Part shown: piece after piece, positions 28,262 through 38,475 of the stretch
How the letters are laid out: every line of letters begins with the position of its first letter
Position numbering within the stretch: position 1 is the first letter of the stretch
Assembly (NCBI GenBank): GCA_041739995.1
Contig: JBGSMV010000043.1
Coordinates: forward strand, 24,471-88,470
Length of the DNA: 64,000 nucleotides
Direction of reading: 5' to 3'
Origin: Bdellovibrionota bacterium
GTDB lineage: Bacteria; Bdellovibrionota_C; UBA2361; JBGSMV01
The notes under the pieces: model-generated
Database searches by the model: none
Told to the model about the DNA's origin: nothing
The model's input: only the letters and a program-made list of their open reading frames with translations
Translations under genes and position numbers: made by a program

Positions 28262-29947
28262 CTAAGCAGCGATATCACGGCAATGCGCACTCCAAAGATC
28301 TTGTTCGATTGAAGGTGCCATTACTTTCGTTTCAATCGCAGAAGAGCTTGGTAAGCGGTGGGATTGAAGAATTTCCCAACCTTGCGTTTTGAATATGCTT
28401 TCGAAGTCGGGGAAATCTGCTAGGCCCGAACCACTCGTCACGTTTCGAATCAGTATGTAGTCAGGGCTCACCCACTCCAATGATTCCAGGTGCTGCGGAT
28501 GTGTTGTATCAACCGCCGCGAGCGACCGCAGAAATGTTTCTTCCGGATAAACCTCTTCGTAGCGCCCATCAATCGCCACTTTGAACGAGCCGCGCAGCGC
28601 CCAAAGCACATAGCTCGCTTCGTTGAAGTGCACGAGAATATTTCCACCCTGACGATTGGCGCATAGCCAAGACACCGCTTCAGCAGGGTAACTGCGGTAG
28701 TCGAACGCAAAGGGTTTAGTGCTCGATCGAATTGAAGTCGCCACCTCGACCGACAGAGATCCTAAAGCTACGAGAACAAGCAGCACAAAAGCTCCGCTCG
28801 CCGCATCTCGAAACTTTACGAACTGCACGCGCCAAGCTTTTAAAACTCCGCCCAAAGCTGAATGCACGAGCGGTAGCGCAAGTCCAGCAGCAATGATTGC
28901 GAATATAGGCATCAAACGACTGTTCGAGAAGCTCTGCCAAAGGGCAAGAAACAAGAGTGCGGAATCTTCAAAGCGTAACAGCCGAGGAGCTCGATAGATG
29001 CCCACAATGAATACGAGTCCCAGAATGCCGCCGATCCACCATCGCATGGAAAAAAGTGGCAATGGCCCCCACTCAGTAATCAGAGGGCGGGAATGCAAGG
29101 CCGCATCAATCATGAATTGAACGTAAGAAACACCCCACGGATTTATCAGAACTGCGGCGATACAGCCTAAAAGGCTCAAAATTGCTACACCGCAGAGTCT
29201 ATCCCGTCGCAACAAACACCCCATCAAGAATATCGCACTCTGCGCGAGACCAACTACGAATCCTCCGTGAGAGTTCACCCAAAAAATCATCATGAGGGGA
29301 AGCAACAGCGGCAGCAGGCTTCGCCTATTCTCTGTTGCACTCACTGAACGCGTCCGTGCAAAGACGAACATCCAAAATGCCACGCCCAACATGGTGGCCA
29401 TCTGGCAACGAACATTAGGAAGAAACCCATTAAGGATCTCTGGAAGCATCACGAGCAGCCACACAAATCCTGCTACTAGAGTGTATTGTCGCTGATGGTC
29501 CGCACTTGCGGCTCCTCGTGCTCGCGCTTCGGCAGACACGGCGCTCTGCGTACGAATAATCAAGAAGATTGAAAGCGCGAACATGCCGACTTTTAGGAGA
29601 AAGAGTGCGGCATCACCTCCTAAGCTTGCCAGAAAATAAAACAGTACGCTGATCAACCACTCGTGATCATGCCATACCGCTTTGATCGGAGTGAACGCGA
29701 ACTGATCAGACACCGGCATGGTTCCAACTTGTTGGATCAACTCGCCGGTCGCAACCCGAGCAAACAGGTCAGGATCTGCCGAGCGAAACCAAGGAAAGGC
29801 GCCAATAAGCAGCAGTGTGGCGACACCTACCATCAGGTAATCTGCATGAACGCCAGAGAGCTTTCTTACAAGCCAAGCAGAGAGCGCACTAGGGAAACCG
29901 GTGGCACGTGTCTCTTTCACGTTCCTCTCATGGGTTAAGACCCACAT
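28262..29947 (-). CDS. Polytopic membrane protein, GT-C-like conserved family
   Basis: Many TM helices; DPDLFARVATG, W.DHEW, WVNSHGGF, INPWG, EWGP, IDGRYEEVY. Confidence 0.7.
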   Translation of the reverse strand: MWVLTHERNVKETRATGFPSALSAWLVRKLSGVHADYLMVGVATLLLIGAFPWFRSADPDLFARVATGELIQQVGTMPVSDQFAFTPIKAVWHDHEWLISVLFYFLASLGGDAALFLLKVGMFALSIFLIIRTQSAVSAEARARGAASADHQRQYTLVAGFVWLLVMLPEILNGFLPNVRCQMATMLGVAFWMFVFARTRSVSATENRRSLLPLLLPLMMIFWVNSHGGFVVGLAQSAIFLMGCLLRRDRLCGVAILSLLGCIAAVLINPWGVSYVQFMIDAALHSRPLITEWGPLPLFSMRWWIGGILGLVFIVGIYRAPRLLRFEDSALLFLALWQSFSNSRLMPIFAIIAAGLALPLVHSALGGVLKAWRVQFVKFRDAASGAFVLLVLVALGSLSVEVATSIRSSTKPFAFDYRSYPAEAVSWLCANRQGGNILVHFNEASYVLWALRGSFKVAIDGRYEEVYPEETFLRSLAAVDTTHPQHLESLEWVSPDYILIRNVTSGSGLADFPDFESIFKTQGWEILQSHRLPSSSAIETKVMAPSIEQDLWSAHCRDIAA

Positions 29948-30809
29948 TATCTATCAGGCGTACACCTGAGACTTGTGCCGCGACCAAAATCCTCGCGGGA
30001 ACGTTCACGACTTCGAGCGGTTCAAGTGTGGATTCGGCGGCACAACCAACATATTCGACTTCTATGAGCGGGCTGCGTTTTAGCTCAGCTGCAACAAGTC
30101 CACAGAGACTTGCGCAGTCACGCGCACCCTCCTTAAAGCGTTTGTTTGCCGAAACCAATCCGCGCGAGATCAGAAGGCTGGCCTCTCGAGCTTCCGGGCT
30201 CAGTCTTACGTTTCTCGAACTCATCGCAAGGCCGTCAGGTTCTCGAACGAGAGCTCCGCGAACAATTTCGACCGGCATCTTCAAGTCGTCAACCATGCGC
30301 TCGATGACTCGTAGTTGCTGGAAGTCTTTCTCCCCGAATATTGCGAAGTCGGGTTGTACAAGATTTAAAAGGATTGAGACGACCGTGGTGACGCCTCGAA
30401 AGTGCCCTGGACGCATTGCGCCTTCCCAAAGTTGAGTCAACTGCTCGACCGTGACCCAACTCTGAAACGCCTGCGAATCCCCATAGATGTCAGATACAGT
30501 AGGAAGAAAAAGTGCTGCCGCCCCACACTCAGAGAGCAGCTTTAAATCTCGAGCAAGATCTATCGGATACTTCTTGAAGTCTTCAGGATTATTGAACTGT
30601 GTGGGATTTACGAAGATTGAAACAATCGATGCAGCACCGCGCTCATGGACCTCGCGAACGAGGCTTAGGTGGCCTTCGTGCAAGAATCCCATCGTCGGAA
30701 CAAATCCGACTGTCCGACCGCTCGCTCGCAGGCCACGCACATACTGCCTAAGCTCTAAAGTCGACTGAATCTGTATTGTCATCACCACGACCTCTTTCGC
30801 TTTGGCCAC
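29928..30809 (-). CDS. panC: Pantoate--beta-alanine ligase
   Basis: VPTMGFLHEGH, SIFVNPTQF, RPGHFRGV, FGEKDFQQ, GLAMSSRN, RLIDN. Confidence 0.97.
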   Translation of the reverse strand: MAKAKEVVVMTIQIQSTLELRQYVRGLRASGRTVGFVPTMGFLHEGHLSLVREVHERGAASIVSIFVNPTQFNNPEDFKKYPIDLARDLKLLSECGAAALFLPTVSDIYGDSQAFQSWVTVEQLTQLWEGAMRPGHFRGVTTVVSILLNLVQPDFAIFGEKDFQQLRVIERMVDDLKMPVEIVRGALVREPDGLAMSSRNVRLSPEAREASLLISRGLVSANKRFKEGARDCASLCGLVAAELKRSPLIEVEYVGCAAESTLEPLEVVNVPARILVAAQVSGVRLIDNVGLNP

Positions 30810-31093
30810 TAAGATTCGCCGCAGAGTGCCTCGATGCTCGGCACAAGACCAGCACCCGCAAATTCCTCGTACCCGATGGGGATACCGATGCTTCTCCCTC
30901 CCTAAACTGATCGCACGGCACTATAAGAACGTCCACTACCGACTGTAGCAACGGTCGGGGGAGCGCTATGAGCCATTCCCCTCATCTCGCGATGACAATT
31001 GTTCTCGTGCTCATGGCTCCCAAGAGTGTAATCCCGGAGAAAGTAGGGAGGTCAGCAGTTGCCTCCTGATCGGGGTTGGACTAGGAAGGCTAT

Positions 31094-32365
31094 ATGCCTA
31101 CCCCGAATGGTCACCCCATGGTTCTACCCAGAAGTCGCGCCTCCTGCAGGAAGCTAGTGAACGGCGGAGGACGAACTGCTCAATTCAAGCTGTCGGCCAT
31201 TATATGCGTCGCGCTACTAGTAGGGTGTTCTTCCTCTGATAAAGTATCTCCAGAGCTAGAACCTCCTCAAGAACTCACTTTGGGGTCCAAGGCGGCTGTC
31301 GAGACGCCAGAGGCTGAACTGTTACGGGAAGCGCAACGCTACTTTGATTCCGGAGTATATAGCGTTGCCAAAGATGTCTTCGAGCGTCTGCGCGATGGGT
31401 ACCCGCTTGGGGCCTACGCCGAATTTGCCGCGATTAAAGTCGCTGATTGTGAATTCGAATCCTCTAACTTTCCTATCGCAGCCGCGCTCTATGAAGAGTT
31501 CTTAAAAAATCGTCCCGCCTCCCGTTCCACTCCCTATGTGCTTCTGCGAGCAGCCAGGAGCAACCAACTGGCCAATCAGGGGATAGGTCGCGATGACACC
31601 AGCCTCCGGCGTGCTCGTGATTTATACTTAGAATTGTTGGATAAGTATCCTAACTCACCATTTGCAGAGGGGGCGCGTACGCTTTTGCAACAGGCTGAGC
31701 TGACGCTTTCTGAGAATTACGTCCTCATTATTGAGTTCTACCGCAAGCAGGGTAAAGATCCTGCGGTCCTCGCGCGCGAGGAAAAATTTCGTGAACACTT
31801 TGGTGCTGAAGCAATATTGCGTGAGACTGGTGAACCGCCCAGCGCGCCTCGTGAGATGGTGGCCGAGGCACCGGTGGGAACACCGGTGTTGATCGAGCAA
31901 TCAGTGCTCGCCGCGATCCCCGAATCCGGGGAAGACGGCTCTGATAACTCGAGCGATCGCATGGCGAGAGCTTTTGGCACGAATGACTCCGATGCCTCCA
32001 TCCACTCAATTGCGGGAGCACATGCTGCCCGGCGCGCTCGCGCAAGCCTTCCCGTTGTCCGCCTGGTGGAATGTGATCGTGCGCGCGGCTTTATTTTCCT
32101 TCACCTGAGTACCGACATCCCTTACCCAGGATCAGTAGAAGCGCTTGGCCCCTTGGTAGCCTCTGACGGCGTGTTCTCCCTTCGTATTGAAGGAGTTTCA
32201 ACGCCCGGCAAAGATCAGCTCGAACGTGATTGCTTCGGAAGCGGCGACGTCACGATCTCTCCCGATGGCAACGTAGCCATTCACTCCTCGAGACCCACTG
32301 GGGCAACTGCTCAGGTGCTCGAGCTGACCAGTCCAAGCCGAATTCTGGTGGCAATCGACGGATAA
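31094..32365 (+). CDS. bamD: Outer membrane assembly lipoprotein BamD with C-terminal extension
   Basis: Lipobox LVG|C; TPR-like helices (F..L...YP...YA..A; RDDT..RRA...Y..L...YPNS.F); about 170 extra residues. Confidence 0.75.
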   Translation: MPTPNGHPMVLPRSRASCRKLVNGGGRTAQFKLSAIICVALLVGCSSSDKVSPELEPPQELTLGSKAAVETPEAELLREAQRYFDSGVYSVAKDVFERLRDGYPLGAYAEFAAIKVADCEFESSNFPIAAALYEEFLKNRPASRSTPYVLLRAARSNQLANQGIGRDDTSLRRARDLYLELLDKYPNSPFAEGARTLLQQAELTLSENYVLIIEFYRKQGKDPAVLAREEKFREHFGAEAILRETGEPPSAPREMVAEAPVGTPVLIEQSVLAAIPESGEDGSDNSSDRMARAFGTNDSDASIHSIAGAHAARRARASLPVVRLVECDRARGFIFLHLSTDIPYPGSVEALGPLVASDGVFSLRIEGVSTPGKDQLERDCFGSGDVTISPDGNVAIHSSRPTGATAQVLELTSPSRILVAIDG

Positions 32366-32605
32366 ATCGGCCTAAAGCGCGAGTAGATCCACGCTGCCAC
32401 GCTGAGCTGCCAAGGAAGTTCACGTCTCGACCAAGGCCAATCGCCTCAAAACTTAGGGATTGCGCTTCTACATGGCTAGCTTAAACTGATGTTTGATTTT
32501 GAGATTCGTCCATTGCGCTATGCTCTCTGACCGGATCTAATTACCTATGTACGTTCGGGATTTCGGCTGAGCTTACTTTCCAGTGATATCTTAATTTGAA
32601 CGATC

Positions 32606-33517
32606 ATGATTTCCACCTTCTCGCTCAACCGCTTTGAATCAATGAACTTTCAACGGTTTCTGCGCCGAAAGATCGTCGCTCAAGCGGTGTTCGTCGGTAG
32701 AATCATTCTCATTCTGTGTTCGATTGGACTCCTTGGCTATTTCGCTTACGACATTTGGGAGGTCAACAACGCCTTCGAGAACCAAGTCTCCACCTTTCAT
32801 CAACGCCTCTCAGATTCGTCGACCTCTCCTACTCAGAAAAAACCTAAGACTGCACCTAATTATGGGGTGATCGCTCAACGCGCCGTCTTCGGCGCACTTG
32901 GGCAGGCCGCTATTAAGTCCCCAACATCTGCGCCAAAAGCCTCGTCCAACTCCAAGTTCGCCTTGGTCGGGACCTTTGTAGGCTCCTCACAAGTCGAATA
33001 TGCGATCATCGAAGAGCCCAAAAAGAAGGATCAAGAGATCTTTTTGCTTAACGATAGCGTCTTTGGTGAAGCTCAACTTACTGGTATCTTCTCGGATCGA
33101 GTAGAGATTCGGCGAGACGGCCAAGTTGAAATATTAACCCTAGACTCTGCCCCGGACACCAGCGCTCCGATAGAAGGCGGCGTGGCGCAGCTTGACGGAG
33201 ACGAGTACACGGTCGAAGAAGCGGAGCTTGATAAGGCGCTTGAGAACCTTCCTCTGTTGCTCACTCAGGCTCGAGCGGTACCATTCTTTAAGGAAGGACG
33301 AGCAGTGGGACTGCGGTTGTTTGCAATTCGGTCGGGAAGCCTGTTTGAAAAGATTGGGCTTCAAAATGGAGACGTATTGAAATCAGTGAATGGAAATAGT
33401 CTCGCAGATCTTTCCCAAGCAATGCAGCTCTTCCAGAAACTGAAAGAAGAACGATCGATTTCAGTGCTCCTTGAGCGAAATGCCGCGGAGAGGCAGTTTC
33501 GCTATGAAATTCGATAG
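32606..33517 (+). CDS. gspC: Type II secretion protein C (HR + PDZ)
   Basis: TM helix, LVGT..AIIE HR domain, QARAVP...GLRLFAIRSGSLFEKIGLQNGD PDZ. Confidence 0.9.
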   Translation: MISTFSLNRFESMNFQRFLRRKIVAQAVFVGRIILILCSIGLLGYFAYDIWEVNNAFENQVSTFHQRLSDSSTSPTQKKPKTAPNYGVIAQRAVFGALGQAAIKSPTSAPKASSNSKFALVGTFVGSSQVEYAIIEEPKKKDQEIFLLNDSVFGEAQLTGIFSDRVEIRRDGQVEILTLDSAPDTSAPIEGGVAQLDGDEYTVEEAELDKALENLPLLLTQARAVPFFKEGRAVGLRLFAIRSGSLFEKIGLQNGDVLKSVNGNSLADLSQAMQLFQKLKEERSISVLLERNAAERQFRYEIR

Positions 33518-33546
33518 GTCACACGTAAAAACGAGCGGCAGTCTAT

Positions 33547-36500
33547 TTGTTTTGTTTGAGTCCTGAAGAAATGGTTGAGTCCCAAAAAATGCAAATGCCC
33601 ACTTCTCTACGGCGCTGGTGCCCGCATCCTCCTATCGTGCTTTGTGCAGCGCTTGTCGTGGCGCTTTGTCCTGGCTTCGCTCGAGACTCGATTTTTCCAC
33701 TCGTTCAGCACCTCTCTATCTCGCGTGCATTTGCTCAAGACACCCCCGCAACCAGCGGCAGCTCAATGGCTGATTCGGTTGTTGACGAAGAAACGCTCGC
33801 CAAAGATTCCTCCACGGAAATCAATGTAAAAAACGCTGATCTTACTGCGATAATTCGCATATTTAGTAAGAAGACCCGCCGCAACTTCATCCTTGATGAG
33901 CGCGTAAAGGGAAAAGTCTCAATCTACCTTCCCGGCAAAGTATCTGCCGAAGAATCTCTCCGAATCCTCGACTCCGTGCTCATGTATAAAGGCTTCGCTT
34001 CAGTTCCGATCGGAGAGAATCTATGGAAAATTGTCCCCGCCAAAGAAGCACGTACCAGCACTATCCCTACTCAACGAACGGCACCTGATGGAACCCCTGG
34101 GCCGGAGATCGTCACGCGGCTGGTAAAGCTCAAATTTGTTGGTGCTGACGACGTACGACAACTTCTCCAGCAGTTGGTTTCGAGCGACGGATTTATAAGT
34201 TCATATCCGTCGACCAACTCTCTCATCATGATTGATTCGGCAGACAACATCGAGCGCTTAGTCGACATCATGGGCACGCTCGATGTCCCGTTCTCCAACC
34301 GCGAGATGACCATCATTCCCGTTCTGTATGCAGATGTTAAGGACATCTCTGAGAAGCTTTCCGACATCTTGGGTATTGGCGCTTCAGGCAGCTCAGATAG
34401 CGGCTCAGCGCCTGCACCTCTCGACTTCGGACTTGAACTAGCCCGTGCTCGGGTGCGCCAAATCGCGTTGCAGGGCGCTGCTCAAGGAGGCCAAGCTTCA
34501 GGGCAGAACCTCGCCTCGGGCGATGGAGACCTCGGTGCTACTTCTGGCAGTACCACACGAGCCATGGAGCCAAAGATTATTCCGGATGAGCGAACCAATA
34601 GCATTATTGTGGTGGCTGACGACGACACCACCGCACGCGTTCAAGCGCTTATCTCTCAACTCGATAGTGAAGTTGATTTATCGGGCTCTCAGTTTTGGAT
34701 TTACCGCTGCCAACATGCCAAGGCAGATGAACTTGCTGAAGTTCTTGGTGGCCTAGTTGGTGGAGGTTCTTCCAATAATAGAACAGATTCAGGTGGCGGC
34801 CTCTTTGACACTTCTCAAGACCTGATTAGCGGAGGGACGCGAAGTGACAACCGAAATAGAACTAGAGATCGCCTTCAGAGTCAGAATCGCACGCCAGGTA
34901 TGCCGCGAACTCCATTGAATCAGCGCAAAGCGGTGGGTTCCGTAGAGTTAGGGGAGGACATTTCGATAACGGCGGATCCTGCGACCAACACTCTAATCAT
35001 ACATGCAAGCAAAGCCGATTACGGAAAACTAAAAGAGCTATTGCAAAGTATCGACATCAAGAGACGTCAAGTGCTTGTCGAAGCGATGTTGCTCGAGGTC
35101 GGCATAGACGACACTCGTTCCTCCGACGTGAGCTGGATCGCTTCAGGCGGTGGTGCAGACGGTGGTATCGTCGCTTCAAACAATGCCGGGAATATTGGAT
35201 CATTGCTGAGTAATCCCACCGGCGTGCAAGATTTTGCCATTGCAGCAGCGAGCGCAGGAACCCTCACTATCGGAGGAGGAGATTCCGCCATCACATTGCC
35301 GACCCAATCGATTCTGCTCAACGCGGTACGATCTAACTCAAATGTAAATATTCTTAGCGCCCCGACGATCCTCACTACGGACAACGAACAGGCTGAGATT
35401 GTGGTTGGTTCAAATGTTCCGTTCGTCACGAGCACCGCGACGGACAGCGACAACTTAAACAACACCTTCAATCAAATTGAACGCCAAGACGTTGGTATCA
35501 CGCTTCGGCTCACTCCTCAGATAAGCTCAGGCGACAGTGTCACTCTGAAGCTTTTCACCGAAGTCTCAAGCATTCTGGCACTCGATCCACAATTTGGCCC
35601 CACCACATCTGTGAGAACCAGCGAGACTTCGGTTATTACCAAAGATGGGCAGATGATCGTGATTGGTGGCCTCATGTCAGATGACATTAACGAAGCGGAG
35701 CGCGGAGTACCTTTCCTCAAGGACATTCCCGTTCTTGGCTTTTTATTCAAGACGACAATAGAACGTAGGCGTCGTACCAACCTCTTGATACTTATCACCC
35801 CTCGTATCATTCGAGACCAGTATGATGCGCGCGACGCAACTATTCAGAATCGTGACCGCCTCGAATACGTAATAAAAACCGATGAAGTTGAACCAAATAG
35901 GGGTGGGGTATTGAGGAACCCAGACATTGACCGCGTCTCTGAATCCAGCACGTACGAGGGGCCGCTTCCGTCAACAATCTCTGATCCTAAATCCAAGTCC
36001 CTTTCCAACAGTGCCCCTCAAGCTCCATCAGAATCGAACTCCACGCAGAGCTCAGATGCCACCAGCCTGGAGGACGATATTCCGGAGTTTGAGGTCGAAC
36101 CACAGTTCATGGCGCCCGAAGGTTCAGAGGCGCAAGACTCTGCCGCCCTTGGCTTCGCCCAGAAGAGCCTCGCCCAACAAAATTCTCTGGACTCGAAAAT
36201 CCATCGATCCGTCGCAAAGTCAGCTGAGCAGTCAGACATGCTAAGCCCACGCTTCATCGTCCTTCGAATTGAGCAACCTCGCGGCGGTGCCGCGCCCCTA
36301 CCATTCCCTGTAAGCGAAACCTCCAAACTGGCCGCCATAGTCCTTCCAAAGGAGTATGATGCCTCCTCTGGTGGCTACTTCTCAGTCGGGCAATCTGGAA
36401 CCTATGAAACTTCTTCTGGAAATGCATCGTTCACGGCAATAGGAGCCTTCTTTTCGCAATCTGATGCTCTCACCATGTTTCCCGACCTCAAGAATGAAAC

Positions 36501-36576
36501 AGGCTCCGCAGCGAGTCCCTGGTACACACTTTCCCCGTATGAAATAATGTCTCTAGGCGATGGTCCTTGGCGCTAA
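33547..36576 (+). CDS. gspD: Type II secretion secretin with long C-terminal extension
   Basis: N0-N3 domains, RRQVLVEA, ILSAPTILTTDN, RQDVGITL, VPFLKDIPVLGFLFK, LLILITPRII. True start probably slightly downstream. Confidence 0.93.
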   Translation: MFCLSPEEMVESQKMQMPTSLRRWCPHPPIVLCAALVVALCPGFARDSIFPLVQHLSISRAFAQDTPATSGSSMADSVVDEETLAKDSSTEINVKNADLTAIIRIFSKKTRRNFILDERVKGKVSIYLPGKVSAEESLRILDSVLMYKGFASVPIGENLWKIVPAKEARTSTIPTQRTAPDGTPGPEIVTRLVKLKFVGADDVRQLLQQLVSSDGFISSYPSTNSLIMIDSADNIERLVDIMGTLDVPFSNREMTIIPVLYADVKDISEKLSDILGIGASGSSDSGSAPAPLDFGLELARARVRQIALQGAAQGGQASGQNLASGDGDLGATSGSTTRAMEPKIIPDERTNSIIVVADDDTTARVQALISQLDSEVDLSGSQFWIYRCQHAKADELAEVLGGLVGGGSSNNRTDSGGGLFDTSQDLISGGTRSDNRNRTRDRLQSQNRTPGMPRTPLNQRKAVGSVELGEDISITADPATNTLIIHASKADYGKLKELLQSIDIKRRQVLVEAMLLEVGIDDTRSSDVSWIASGGGADGGIVASNNAGNIGSLLSNPTGVQDFAIAAASAGTLTIGGGDSAITLPTQSILLNAVRSNSNVNILSAPTILTTDNEQAEIVVGSNVPFVTSTATDSDNLNNTFNQIERQDVGITLRLTPQISSGDSVTLKLFTEVSSILALDPQFGPTTSVRTSETSVITKDGQMIVIGGLMSDDINEAERGVPFLKDIPVLGFLFKTTIERRRRTNLLILITPRIIRDQYDARDATIQNRDRLEYVIKTDEVEPNRGGVLRNPDIDRVSESSTYEGPLPSTISDPKSKSLSNSAPQAPSESNSTQSSDATSLEDDIPEFEVEPQFMAPEGSEAQDSAALGFAQKSLAQQNSLDSKIHRSVAKSAEQSDMLSPRFIVLRIEQPRGGAAPLPFPVSETSKLAAIVLPKEYDASSGGYFSVGQSGTYETSSGNASFTAIGAFFSQSDALTMFPDLKNETGSAASPWYTLSPYEIMSLGDGPWR

Positions 36577-36705
36577 AGTGGCGATTTGCTCCAAGGGAGA
36601 GCCGTTCGATACCCTCTCGCTTGGTTGTCAGGTCTATCCTTTACATGCCTCCTAAGATCCACGAGCAAGCGAGTTTGTAATAAAATGGCCCAATCTTCGA
36701 AATAG

Positions 36706-36756
36706 TGCAGCAGTGTGACCTTCATGCAACAGTGTGACCTTCGTGCAACAGTGTGA
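36706..36756 (+). repeat. 19-bp tandem repeat (about 2.7 copies) just upstream of gspE
   Basis: TGCAGCAGTGTGACCTTCA / TGCAACAGTGTGACCTTCG / TGCAACAGTGTGA. Confidence 0.8.
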
Positions 36757-36771
36757 GCAACGAGCAGCGAT

Positions 36772-38469
36772 GTGACCAACGAAACCTTGAATAACCCGGA
36801 CGCTCAGATCGAGATCACCAGCTCGTCAGCGCTTGGAGAGGAGATATCAGACGCGCCAGTTGTGGTCGCGTCCTCCGACGTTTCGCCTCGTCTTGTCGCC
36901 CAGCTTCTCGGACTCCCCTTTGTCGAGCGTCTGCCGGACCCCTCTCCGCCACGTACCATGATTCGCGGAGACTTTGACCGTATCGTCGGCTCGTGGGGAC
37001 GCCAAGTGGCCACCATTCCTTTTTCAACAGACGATGACTACGTGATAGTTGCTACGTCGGACCCGTACAATATCGAAGCTGTTGATCAGCTACGTCTCTG
37101 CTATGGGAAGCCCATTCGGGTGCTGGTAACGACGTCCAGTGAGATTCAAAGAGCAATTAACGCCATTCGAACCAGTTTGATGAGTGACAGATCTTCTGCG
37201 CTTTCCTCTGAGGAAGACGAGTCAAAGTCGAATGAATTTGATGCTCCTCTGAAGGTCGATGTAACGGACGCAGAGGACGACGACGCCCCCATTATTCGCT
37301 ACGTCAACGCGATTATTTTCAAGGCCAACTCAGAACGCGCTTCCGATGTGCATATTGAAGCCTATGAAGATCGCCTTAAGGTTCGTTTCAGAATTGACGG
37401 CGTTCTCGCTGAAATCGCGACCGAAGACAAAGCCTTTCAAGCCTCAATCATTTCTCGCGTAAAGGTTATGGCTGGACTGAACATCGCTGAGAAGCGCCTT
37501 CCGCAAGACGGACGTATCGGCCTCAAAATCGCTGGCAGAGACGTAGATATCCGTGTTTCCACAGTACCCACGCAGTTTGGTGAGCGTGTGGTAATGCGTC
37601 TCCTTGATAAAAGCGCCACAGTGCTCGATCTTGAGCAACTTGGCATCGAAGGCAAGAACAAAGAAACGGTCGAGCGCCTGATTCAGAAGCCCAACGGCAT
37701 TGTTCTAGTAACTGGCCCCACTGGATCTGGAAAAACCACTACCCTCTACTCGTGTCTGGCACGCATCAACACTGCCGACCTAAATATCCTAACGGTCGAG
37801 GATCCGATCGAATATCAGCTCGACGGTATTGGCCAGATGCAGGTGAACCCGAAGATCAACTTTACTTTCGCCTCTGGGCTTCGTGCGATTCTACGTCAGG
37901 ATCCGGACGTGGTGATGGTGGGAGAAATTCGTGACGCGGAAACCGCGGAAATTGCGATTCAAGCTTCGCTTACCGGTCATCTTGTTCTTTCTACCCTGCA
38001 CACCAATGACGCTTCTGGCGCAGTAACTCGCTTGCTCGATATGGGGATAGAGCCATTCCTCGTGGCGTCCAGTCTTTTAGCGGTCATGGCACAACGCTTG
38101 GTGCGTCGTTTATGTCCCGCGTGTAAGGAGCCCTACGAGATTTCTGATGACGAGTTGCGTGAACTTGGGGTCAACCCTGCCTCGGTTTCGTCGAGACAGG
38201 TCTTTCGGGCGGGACAAAGCACGGGGCATGGAGACTGCACACGCTGTCATAACGTGCGCTATACCGGCCGTACCGGCATTCATGAAATGTTGATCATCGA
38301 CGAGCAGGTACGCAGCCAGATTCTACAACGGGTGGACTCCGGTTCCATCAAAAGTGCTGCCATTCAACGTGGGTTCACTACCTTGAGAGTTGATGGTGCC
38401 CACAAGGTTCTTGCGGGAATAACTTCAGTGGAAGAAGTCCTTCTCGCGACTCACGAAGAAATGGGATAG
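36772..38469 (+). CDS. gspE: Type II secretion ATPase
   Basis: ASDVHIE, EKRLPQDG, GPTGSGKTT, EDPIEY, LRQDPD, TGHLVLSTLHTN, CxxC...CxxC. Confidence 0.96.
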   Translation: MTNETLNNPDAQIEITSSSALGEEISDAPVVVASSDVSPRLVAQLLGLPFVERLPDPSPPRTMIRGDFDRIVGSWGRQVATIPFSTDDDYVIVATSDPYNIEAVDQLRLCYGKPIRVLVTTSSEIQRAINAIRTSLMSDRSSALSSEEDESKSNEFDAPLKVDVTDAEDDDAPIIRYVNAIIFKANSERASDVHIEAYEDRLKVRFRIDGVLAEIATEDKAFQASIISRVKVMAGLNIAEKRLPQDGRIGLKIAGRDVDIRVSTVPTQFGERVVMRLLDKSATVLDLEQLGIEGKNKETVERLIQKPNGIVLVTGPTGSGKTTTLYSCLARINTADLNILTVEDPIEYQLDGIGQMQVNPKINFTFASGLRAILRQDPDVVMVGEIRDAETAEIAIQASLTGHLVLSTLHTNDASGAVTRLLDMGIEPFLVASSLLAVMAQRLVRRLCPACKEPYEISDDELRELGVNPASVSSRQVFRAGQSTGHGDCTRCHNVRYTGRTGIHEMLIIDEQVRSQILQRVDSGSIKSAAIQRGFTTLRVDGAHKVLAGITSVEEVLLATHEEMG

Positions 38470-38475
38470 CGCAAC

